Positions 26,865-36,500 of a stretch of 48,837 bases of DNA are shown here, one piece after another. The notes under the pieces are model-generated. The model searched no databases, was not told the origin of the DNA, and saw only the letters and a list, made by a program, of their open reading frames with translations. The DNA lies in assembly GCA_965662235.1 (NCBI GenBank), contig CBFIGY010000021.1:1-48837 (forward strand). The letters run 5' to 3'. Source of the DNA: an uncultured bacterium (GTDB taxonomy: Bacteria; SAR324; NAC60-12). A program made the position numbers and the translations under genes. Position 1 is the stretch's first letter; every line of letters begins with the position of its first letter.

Positions 26865-27820
26865 AGGGTCTCCAGGGTTTCAAGAACGCTGAGGACGTCA
26901 TGCTCGTTGAGGTTCGCCTCCAGTCCATGTGCCCGCAGCTGCTCCGCCTGAGACCAGAGCTTCCGGAAGCGTCGGATGTTGTACTCAGCTTCCCGGATGG
27001 GGTCTTCGTTCTTGGGAAAGGTATCGAAGTAGATATGCCCTTGGTAGCCCGTCTGCTGCAGCCACACAATGAACTCAAGGGTCATCAACGGATGCACCGA
27101 CCCCAGCATCAGGCCATCCTCGCAGCCCGGACGGACGAAGCCATCGTTCATCTGCACCCCAAACAGCTTGCGGTGGGAGCCGACCAGCGCGGCCGATTGT
27201 GCCGGATTCTCCCCAGCCATCAGGCAGTGTCCAAAATCTAGGGTCAGGCCCATGTTGGCGCGGTTGATCTGCTGCACCATCAGCAGCGCGGCGCCGGTGG
27301 TGTTGTGAATGAAGAACCGCCGGGGCTCCGTGGGTTTGGGCTCCAGCGACACCAGCAGGTCCGGGAAGGCGTCACAGACTTCCTGAAAGGCGTCGACCAC
27401 GTGCTGCCACATCTGAGGGTAGTTGACCTGCAGGCTGTAGTCGTAACCGTCATGGGCCGACCAGATGACGAGCTCGGAGGCGCCAATGGCCTGTGCCCAG
27501 CGTCCGGCATCCAGCGTCAGGTCAATGGCCTGCCGTCGCATGGATGCTTCCGGATGGGTAAACGCACCGAGGCTGAACTGGCTGGGGTAACGCAGGCAGA
27601 CGGCTCCCGCCTTGAGGCCCGCTTGGTCCAAGGCCTCCTGAACAGCGGCAACCTCCAGTCCGCCAAGGTGCTCCGGACAGTTGAAGTCCACCAGCTCCAG
27701 TCCCTCAATCGTTCCTTGACGGGCCACCCAGCCAAGGACATCGTTGGCGCCCGACCACAGGTCGGTGCGGGCCTTCATGGAGTTGAGACGAGAGGCAAAA
27801 GCGGGACAGGGAAGTGACAT
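26861..27820 (-). CDS. Xylose-isomerase-like TIM-barrel sugar isomerase
   Basis: GAFTHP, WSAHDG and the metal-binding motifs LEPKPTEPR, LDFGH, MNDG and YFDTFP. Confidence 0.85.
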   Translation of the reverse strand: MSLPCPAFASRLNSMKARTDLWSGANDVLGWVARQGTIEGLELVDFNCPEHLGGLEVAAVQEALDQAGLKAGAVCLRYPSQFSLGAFTHPEASMRRQAIDLTLDAGRWAQAIGASELVIWSAHDGYDYSLQVNYPQMWQHVVDAFQEVCDAFPDLLVSLEPKPTEPRRFFIHNTTGAALLMVQQINRANMGLTLDFGHCLMAGENPAQSAALVGSHRKLFGVQMNDGFVRPGCEDGLMLGSVHPLMTLEFIVWLQQTGYQGHIYFDTFPKNEDPIREAEYNIRRFRKLWSQAEQLRAHGLEANLNEHDVLSVLETLETL

Positions 27821-27886
27821 GAGTGTGTTTCCTTAACAAACAGGTGAAGGTGAGGGACGGGTCCCTCCGTGAAAAAAATAGCCTGC

Positions 27887-29392
27887 TCAGTCGAGCCCGG
27901 CGCGTGCGTCCCGGAGGGGCTGATAAAGGGCCCGGTAGGCTTCATAAAAGGGGCGATAGGCCTCATGGGTCGAGGCATTGGGTTCCACCACACGAGTGAC
28001 GTGAACCATTTCTGCGACAGCTGAAGGAACATCCGGGTACAGCCCCGCTCCGACGGCGGCGAGGATGGCACATCCGAGGGACGGTGCATCCGCCACCTCC
28101 GTCAGGGTGAAGGGCAGGTTGGAAACGTCGGCATGGATCTGCAGCCACAGCTCCGAACGGGTTGCCCCGCCTGCGACCACCAGCGTCTCAGGCTGGAAGC
28201 CGTTGTTCCGCATCGTCTCCAGAATCAGCTCGCTGCCGAACGCGACCCCTTCAATTGCGGCCCGGAAGAGGTGAGCCGGCTCGTGTTTGAGCGTCAGGCC
28301 GGTGATGGCTCCGCGGGAAAGCGGGTCGGTGTGCGGAGTGCGGTTTCCCTGAAAGTGCTCCTGCACCACCACGCCCTCTGATCCGGGAGGAAGCTGACGG
28401 GCGGCGGCATTGAGTTCGTCGTAGGAGGCTCCTTCGCCAAAGAGCCGCTTGAGCCAGCTGATCACAGACCCGGTGGACGTCTGGCCGCCCTCGACAGTGT
28501 ACAAACCGGGAAGCAGGTTGTCGGGGTAGGTGCCCCAAATGCCTTCGCCGTTGAAAGGCGTGGGGCTGAGACCAAGGTGCAGGTGCGAGGAGCCGGTGAT
28601 GAAGGCCAGGCTTCCGGGTTGAACAACGCCGAGCCCGACCATGCCGATGAAGGCGTCTGCGCCCGCCTGCACCACCGGGAGGCCTTCCGGCAACCCTAGG
28701 TGCGTCGCTGCTGTTGCCGTGAGGCCCCCAATGACTTCCCCCAATTCACAGACCTCCTGGGGCCACTTTTCAAGCAATGCCTCCAGCCCAAGGGCTTGCA
28801 GCAGCGAAGTGGGGTAGCCGTCGCGGGTGGAATCGTAGTGCCAGCGGGCGGAGACGTTGTTGATGCTGGCAACACGTCGTCCGGTCAGGTGCAGGTTGAG
28901 GTAGTCCTGGTACTCGCAGATGGTGGCCGCCTGCTCAAACACCTCCGGCTCATTTTCCTGAATCCAGAGGGCTTTGGGAATCATCCACTCCGCCGAGACC
29001 GGGCCCTTGCCGTTTCCGTTGATCCGGAGAGCTGGATCTCCGGTGCGGAGGACCTTCTGCGTCTGAGGAGCGCTGCGGACGTCCATCCAGATCAACGCTG
29101 GACGCAACGGTTGTCCCTGCGCATCTAGGGCGACGACGCTGCAGCAGGTGGTGTCCACAGCAATCCCAGACACCTGATTCGGGGAGATGCCGGATTCCTG
29201 AACCGCCTGGCGGACGGACTGCCCAAGGGCGGTCCACCAGTCCTGCGGATCCTGCTCCGCCCAGCTGGGGTTGGGAAAGCGGGTCGGGTACGGGGTGGCC
29301 GCAAAGGCCAAGGGCTTCCCCTGTAGGTCAAACACTCCGGCTCGCAGGCCCTCGGTGCCTCCGTCCACGCCAATCAGATACGTTGCTGCCAT
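27887..29392 (-). CDS. FGGY-family carbohydrate kinase (ribulokinase/xylulokinase-like)
   Basis: Motifs IGVDGGTE, WAEQDPQDWW, WMDVRS, FQGNRTP and AGGATRS. SD GGGGAG before ATG 29392. Confidence 0.92.
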   Translation of the reverse strand: MAATYLIGVDGGTEGLRAGVFDLQGKPLAFAATPYPTRFPNPSWAEQDPQDWWTALGQSVRQAVQESGISPNQVSGIAVDTTCCSVVALDAQGQPLRPALIWMDVRSAPQTQKVLRTGDPALRINGNGKGPVSAEWMIPKALWIQENEPEVFEQAATICEYQDYLNLHLTGRRVASINNVSARWHYDSTRDGYPTSLLQALGLEALLEKWPQEVCELGEVIGGLTATAATHLGLPEGLPVVQAGADAFIGMVGLGVVQPGSLAFITGSSHLHLGLSPTPFNGEGIWGTYPDNLLPGLYTVEGGQTSTGSVISWLKRLFGEGASYDELNAAARQLPPGSEGVVVQEHFQGNRTPHTDPLSRGAITGLTLKHEPAHLFRAAIEGVAFGSELILETMRNNGFQPETLVVAGGATRSELWLQIHADVSNLPFTLTEVADAPSLGCAILAAVGAGLYPDVPSAVAEMVHVTRVVEPNASTHEAYRPFYEAYRALYQPLRDARAGLD

Positions 29393-29432
29393 AGCGGCTC
29401 TCCCCCTGTTTTTCTGCATCCATCAAACGGTT

Positions 29433-29464
29433 GACCATTGTTAATGGTCGAAATCATTTGTCAA
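29433..29464 (-). promoter_or_regulatory. Putative sigma70 promoter with an overlapping palindromic operator, upstream of the FGGY kinase operon
   Basis: Perfect TTGACA (29464-29459), a 16-nt spacer, then AACAAT (29442-29437). The inverted repeat GACCATT-GTT-AATGGTC (29433-29449) covers the -10. Confidence 0.6.
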
Positions 29465-29603
29465 TAAGGTGTGCAGGGGTTTGGCTTCAAGATCAAACTC
29501 AAAATGAAAAAGCCCCCCAATTTCATACCGAAAAAATTTGGCATCACGGAGGTTTCCCGCTACGATTTGGGCTCTGAATTCAACCTGAACGAGGAGTAAG
29601 TGA

Positions 29604-30575
29604 ATGAACTGGAAGCAGAAGATCTCAATCCGCCAGACGGGCCTAGAGGTGACGCCGCTGTGTTTTGGCACCACGGCGTTGGGGAACATGCCGGGGACCT
29701 ACGGGTACTCCGTTTCGGAAGAGGATGCGGTGGAGACCCTGAAGCAGATCCTGACGGGGCCCATCAACTTTTTGGACACCTCCCGGAACTACGGGATGGG
29801 AGAGAGCGAGGTCCGGATTGGTAAGGCGCTGAAGGCGTTAGGGGGCCTGCCGGAAGGATTTGTGATCTCCACCAAGCTGGACCGGGACATGGAAACCAAC
29901 CGCTTCGATGGCGAACGCGCCCGGGCTTCCTTTGAAGAAAGTCGCGAAGCCCTTGGGCTGGAGACGCTGCAGCTGGTGCACCTCCATGATCCCGAGTATG
30001 CCTCGGACCTCAAGGATGTCACAGGCTCCGGCGGGGCGCTGGAGACGCTCTTTCAGCTGAAGGCGGATGGGTTGATTCAGGCCGTTGGCCTTGCTGCAGG
30101 AAAGGTCGATGTGATGATGCCGATCCTCCGGGAGTGGGACTTTGATGCGTTGATCACCCACAACCGCTTCACGCTGATGAACCGGAATGCCGAAGCGATG
30201 ATGGACCTGGCCGTGAGCAAGGGGACCGTGGTGCTCAACGCGGCTCCGTTTAGCAGCGGCGCGCTGGCGAAGGGCTCCCAAGCAGCGTCACGCTACACGT
30301 ACATGGAAATGACCGATGAGGTTCGTGAGGGGCTGGTGCAGCGAGAAGAGGTCTGCAACCGGTACGGGGTGCCGCTGGGCGCTGCAGCGTTGCAGTTTTC
30401 CATGCGGGACTCGCGGGTGGGTTCCACCATCTGTGGGGTGGGCGCCACCCGTCACCTGCAGTCCACGCTGGACTGGGCGTCTTACGAGATTCCAGAGGAG
30501 CTTTGGGCCGAGCTGCTGGAGATTCCGGCAGATGCCGATGATCCGGAGGCGAAGCGCGTCTACACCCCCGGATGA
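29604..30575 (+). CDS. Aldo/keto reductase (D-threo-aldose 1-dehydrogenase / L-fucose dehydrogenase-like)
   Basis: Catalytic D-Y-K-H tetrad in DTSRNYG, ISTK and HLHDP, plus AALQF. SD GAGGAG. Divergent from the kinase operon. Confidence 0.88.
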   Translation: MNWKQKISIRQTGLEVTPLCFGTTALGNMPGTYGYSVSEEDAVETLKQILTGPINFLDTSRNYGMGESEVRIGKALKALGGLPEGFVISTKLDRDMETNRFDGERARASFEESREALGLETLQLVHLHDPEYASDLKDVTGSGGALETLFQLKADGLIQAVGLAAGKVDVMMPILREWDFDALITHNRFTLMNRNAEAMMDLAVSKGTVVLNAAPFSSGALAKGSQAASRYTYMEMTDEVREGLVQREEVCNRYGVPLGAAALQFSMRDSRVGSTICGVGATRHLQSTLDWASYEIPEELWAELLEIPADADDPEAKRVYTPG

Positions 30576-30579
30576 TGCG

Positions 30580-33500
30580 TCACTCGCCACACTCCCGGAG
30601 CTCAATGATGAGGTCGGTGAGGGCATAGATCCGCAGGTCGTCACGCCACAGCGAGGCGTCGGCGACCAGGATCGTCTGACCCAACTCTTCCCGGATCTCC
30701 TTGACGTGGGCTTCCAGCTGCATCCGTCCCGTTTCTGGAATGATCTGCCCCCGGTACCGCCACACGGTGCGCGAGAGGTTCCAGCTGAAGCGCGGGTTCT
30801 GGAACCGATCGGCCAAGCCCTGATGCAAAGCAAATCCCTGCAGGGCTTCCAGAGTGGCTTCCACGCCAAGAGATCCGGGCATCACTGGATCTTCATGGAA
30901 GTGACAGGGGAAGAACCAGTCCTGCGGATCAACCTTCCGGACGCCGTAGACGTAGCCCTGCTCATGCAGCCCCCCCTTTGCCTGAATCCGGAGCTCATCC
31001 AGCAGGCTCAGCTGTCCTGACGCCAGACGCTGGAAGGGTCGGCCTTCCTTGCCTTGGAACCAGGAGGCATCAGCCTTCAGGTCAATCACAGCGTCAGGCG
31101 TGTGTTGCTGAATCCAGGGTTCCTTCAAGGCGCCGCCATCCAGACCAATCTGATTGGAAAGGGCGTCATCGGTGAAGTAACCAAACACCGTGTCCCCCTC
31201 ATAAAACCGCTGTCCGTCCACAGAGAGCGCAAAGTCATGGGTCTGGATGACCGTGTTCCCTGAGGCCACTGTGCTCTTGAGGGTGATCTCTGAAACAATC
31301 GTCTTCCCCCGCAGGTCCGGATGCGCCAACAGGGTCCCGTTGCCGTCTAGGTTCCGGTAGTGGAGGTCGAGGTTCTGGTACTGGAACATGGCGCCGGAGT
31401 AGGCCGAGATGAACCCGCAGGGCTGCAGTGCAATCTCCATCAGCACCGAGTAGGGCATCTGTGCAGGGTGAGCATTGTCCCGGAAGTACCAGGCATCGGC
31501 AGGAACGTCGTATTCCCCAACAAGGGTCATCGGCTGCTCAAAATGGAACCGAGTGCCGGAGAAGCTCCGGACCCGCGAAAGCAGCTGGAGGTCACGGTTC
31601 GGGTTTCGCTGCACCGGACGGTTGTGGTAGACCGCATAGTCGGGGCCCATACACTTGGCCACTTCTCCGAGGGCAAACTCCCAGAGCTGCTGGTCATCAG
31701 CGATAAAGCCCGTCGCGTCCGGATCTGGCAGGGTGAGCCGGGGGGCTGTTTCCTGCGTGGACTTTAGAGCAGGACGGTCCGGATGCGTCTCAAACCAATC
31801 CTGCGTCAACCGGAAGGTGCTGCCCTTCTCCACGAGCTGCACCCCAAGGTTCCGGAAGTCGACGACAATCTTGTCACCCAGCAAAATGTCGACATCAGCG
31901 ATGGCATACGGAATGGGATCAAGCCCAATCTCGCGAACCTCCATCCGGTACGTCAGCAGCGTGTCGCCCGGAATCACCTGTCCTCGGCACCGGACCACCT
32001 GAGACATGCCGTGAATGGGTTGGAAGGTTGCGTCCTGTGTCCGGGTCTGGAGACCGAGGTAGAGCATGAAGAACTGCATGAGCTGCACACAGCCTTCGGC
32101 CATCAGTGAACCGGCCATGACCGGATCGTCCTTGAAGTGACACGGGAAGTACCAGTGGTCTGGCGCCAGGTCCTTTTCGGAGAGCACGAGCCCACAGCCC
32201 CAGTCGCCGCCGTTGCGGTCCACGTGAGTGATGCGGTCGTGCATGAGGAACTGCTCCGGGGCGGTTTTCAGCGACGGATTCTGTCCGGGCTGGGCGTAGT
32301 GTGGCCCAAAGCAGACCTCAGGGTGCCCGGTGGAAAGGGCGAGGAGTTCCTCGCGCCGGAACTGCGTCTTGGTGCACGACAGCAGGGGCTCGAAGTAGAG
32401 CTTGGTCGCCTGACGTCGGGCCTCCAGCTCCTTCTGAGTCCGGATGACGCCGTGTCCTTCAGCCAGCTCTTCATCGGTGAAGAAGCCAGCGCAGCCTCCA
32501 TCCATGCGCATCACCATGCGGTCTCCCACAAAGCACTCATAGTGGAAGAAGAAGAGCAGGGTGCCGCCGTTGCGGGCAAAGGAGTCGATGGAAATATCGT
32601 AACGCAGTGTTTCGCCCTCACGGGGCATGTCCTCCAAGTACGTCAAGGTGCAGTCGAGGAGGCGGTAGACACGATCGCCCCGGCACTCAAAATCGATGCC
32701 GAGGTAGCTGATGAGCATCAGGTCGCACTGTCCGGATTCCACTGCGACGGCCCACGGAATCTGTCCGTCGGTGCAGTACCAGGCCTGCTGCGGAATGTCG
32801 TACTCCGTGGTGATGGTGGAGGGCTTGAACTCACCGAGTTTCGCGTCCAGCTTGGTGACCCGGCTGACCAGCAGGTACGGATCAAGCGGCAACCGGACGC
32901 AGCGCTGGTAGGTGTCGATCTCGGCATACTCGAGTCCAAACACATTGGCAATCTGTCCACCTGCAAACTCCAGCAGGTCCTGGTGGTCAAAGATCACTCC
33001 CGGAGGTTTGGGCGCTGCTGCTGAAGACGGCTGGACGCTGGGCACCGGAACCGGCGGCTGAGGCGCTTGGCTGTCAAAGGCGACAGGACCCGACGCTGCG
33101 GGTTGTGGCGGAACCCGCGTCAGAACCGGTTCCGGAGTCGAAGACACGCCACCCATCTGCTGGAGGATCAGGGACGCCATTTGCCGCATTCCCTCCTGAC
33201 GGAACTGCAGGAAGGCCGCATGAGCCTGACCAAGCCGGTTGGGGTAGTCGCCCCACCAGCCGGTGGGCACCGGAGCCGCTGATGCAACAGGCGTAGGCGA
33301 AGGAGACGCGGGAGGGACAACAGCAGGCATGGGCGCAACAGGAGTAGAGGGTTCCGGAGAAGCCACAACGGGCTCAGGGGAAACAGACGGCACCGCAACG
33401 GGCTCGGAAGCGACCGACGCAGCAGGCACCGATGCTCGGAAGCGGGCTCGATTTTCAGGCGTGTCGATGCTCTGGAGTGCGGCGCCACCGAGGACAATGG

Positions 33501-36500
33501 TCTGGCGCAGCTCCTTGGCCGGACGTTCCGGGACGGGCGGAGCAAGCCGTTCTAGGTTGAGGGGCACCCGATGACTGAACAGCCGAGCCAGCGCTCGGAG
33601 GACCTGCGTCCGGTCGTCCACCCCCCGGCGACTCACCCCCACAGCCAGATGCGGACGGTCTCCCAGGGTCTCTGCAATCCACTTGGCGCAGCTGACCCGT
33701 GGGCCAAGATCGACAAAGAGGCGGGCGCCGTCTTGGTAGGTGTTCTCAATGAGCTTGGTGTAATCCACCGTCCGGCCATAAATCTGACCAATGTTGGCGC
33801 CAATGGTTTCAGAGTCTAAGACGGTGGGGCGGTAATTGAGAGCCGAGTAGAAGTCGAGGTCGGGCTGTCCCTGAACCGGATGCGTGTGGACCCGCTTGAC
33901 CTCCTCATAATCCGCTTTCACTGGCGCGCAGTGGACGACATCCGTCACCTGAATGGGGTGAGGATCCACACCAAGCTTCCGGGCCACCCGCTCACAGGCA
34001 TCAGCGGCACCGGCAATGACCACCTCCTGAGGCGTGTTGATGAGAATGAGGTAGGCGCGTTCCTCGGTCTCAAGGGCTTTTTGGGCCGCATCCGGAGTCG
34101 TCCGGAGGGTGTACCAGTGCCAAATGGGACCGTCGGTTTGTTCGTCAGGACCGAGCTTCCAAGCGTCCCGGACGGTGTTCATGGGACCACAGAGGCGTTC
34201 CTTGAACAGAGGTGAGACATCAAGCAGGTCCGACATGGGATCCATGGAGCCCCAAACGCCGAGCGCAAACATCATTGTCACCTCACCCATGCTGTACCCA
34301 AAGGCCAGGTCCGGCTTCAGTCCAAAACCCTCTTGCAGGAGCTTGGTGTGCAGCACCCCTGTGGTGATGCCGCTCTCAAACATGGCAATGGGCGTCTGAA
34401 TGAAAGCCTCTTGCTGTTGCTGCAGCTCCGCCTCACTGAGACGGTGGCGCGAGCGCGGGTAGAGCTTTTGGTCGTGCAGCACCTCACCGAGGCGGGTGGT
34501 ATGAGACGCCATGGCTTCATGCAGTTCCGGCATGAGGCGGAAGACGGTGCGGCTGTTGCCGAGGTAGCTGTTGAAGCCTCCGGGGTAAGTGAAAGCGACC
34601 TTGCCCTCCAGTCCAAGGGGAACCGGAGAGAAGCAGCTGCCCCGCGGGCTGACCCAGTCCTTGCCCGACTCCAAAGCCTGTGGCAGGCCGTTCTGAAGCG
34701 CTGCCAGCTCCTGCTGAAGCTCCTCAGCAGAACTTCCCAGCAACGCAACGCCCAGTCCTCCGGAGGCGTGCTCCTGAGCTTCAAACGTCTGGCGTGCCAG
34801 TGCCGGAAGCGACGGGTTGTCCTGAAGGGCGGTCTGGAGAGCGTTGAGGCGTTCCTGCAACTGGGGAACATCTGGAGCCGTGATTGGAAGCAGGAAGAGG
34901 CCACCGGTGTCAGCAACGGAAGGAGTGACTGGGGGCGCTTCACAGAGAATCGCATGCGCGGCTTCCTGGCCCAAGCTACTGACCGCAGCCCGACGAACAG
35001 GGGCCTCGGTGTTCCGGAACCAGGGACGAGACTCAGTGGGAACGTACGGGGTCGACTCTGCGTGGTCCTCGGCAAAGGCGTTCCAGTGGGGAACCGCTGG
35101 GAGCGTCCGGGACCGGAGGGCGGTGAGGGCTTCGAGCAAAGAGGCCATTCCAGACGCCGCAAAGCTGTGTCCGAAGTGGGCTGACGCTCCTCCGAGGGCT
35201 GCGTCTGGGTAGAGGGCCTGCAGCCCCTGCAACTCGGCGGCGTCTCGGCGGTCAAGTCCTGCAGCTTGCAGCGTCACCAGGCCAATGTGTTCTGGAGCCA
35301 CCTGCAGAGCACCCAAAGCGTTTTGAGCTGCTTGCTGGACTGCTGTTGCATCAGTTCCGGAGGCAAAGGCCACGGATTCAATCAGTGCAAGCGGAGTCGC
35401 ATCCTGAGCCTGTTCGGGAGTGGTGAGCACCAACGCGCCAGCGCCTTCTCCGGGCACCCAACCCTTTCCAGCAGCATCTAGCGGCCAGGCGAAGGGTCCG
35501 GTTTGCAAAGGAGCCGTGCGGCTGCGCAGCGTCACCGATTCCGCGCTTCCGGCAAGGTCCACGGCGGCCACGACAACGGCGTCCACGCTTCCGGAGCCGA
35601 GGAGCATCTGGGCGACTTCAAGAGCCTTGAAGACCGAAGTTTCCTCGGAGGAAACGGTCAGGGCTGGGCCGGTGAAGTCCCAGAGTGCGCTGATGCGGGA
35701 GGCCATGATGTTGCCAATGAAGCTGGTGAAGCGATTCACCGGAACCGCTTCCAGCAAGGCATCCTTGGCTACGGCTTCGAGCTCCTGACGCTGCTCCTCT
35801 GAAAGGGAAAGCCCGGCTGCGGCAAGGCTATCTTCTAACTGAGAGGCCAAGTTGACGCGTCCCCGGAAGCGGTGCAGCTCCAGCTCCACTTCCATTGCGA
35901 CGAGGACGGCGACGTTTTGTCCCTCCTTGAGGGACGTTTGCCGGATGGCGCGGTCGGCCACCTCGAGGGTGAGCAGCTGCTGCGGAATGAGGCGCTCCTG
36001 GGGATTCGGAGGCAGGCGGAAGCGCAGGAAGTCCATTTCAAAGGATTCGAGCCAGGCACCGGTGAGTCCAGAATCCGGAGTGCCGAGTCCACGCCACCGG
36101 GTTTCCGGGAGGCTCCGGAAGGCGGTTTCTCCTTCCAAAAACGCCTGCTCAATGGCGGCCAGACCGTTGCGGTCTCCGAAGATCGCATCCATTCCCAACA
36201 CCGCCAACGCAGGCAAGGGAGTGGGAGCCGTTTTTTCGGGAGCCTGTGCAGGCTCGTTTTCCAAAATCAGATGAGCGTTGCAGCCACCGAAGCCAAACGC
36301 GCTCACTGCAGCAGTGCGATGCGCTCGATCATGAGGCCACGGACGGGTCTCCCGGAGGGTCCGGTCTCCGCCAAAGCGACCCTGCTCTGAGACCAGCGGA
36401 TCCTGGACGCCGATGGTTCCCGGAATCTGTCCCTGCTGAAGGGAAAGGATGACCTTAGTCATGCCGCCCATGCCAGCAGCCGTCAGCATGTGCCCGAGGT

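Noticed and set aside
27852..27880. Rho-independent terminator between the FGGY kinase and isomerase genes
   Set aside because: The GAGGGAC/GTCCCTC inverted repeat is real, but the T-run precedes rather than follows it on the coding strand.
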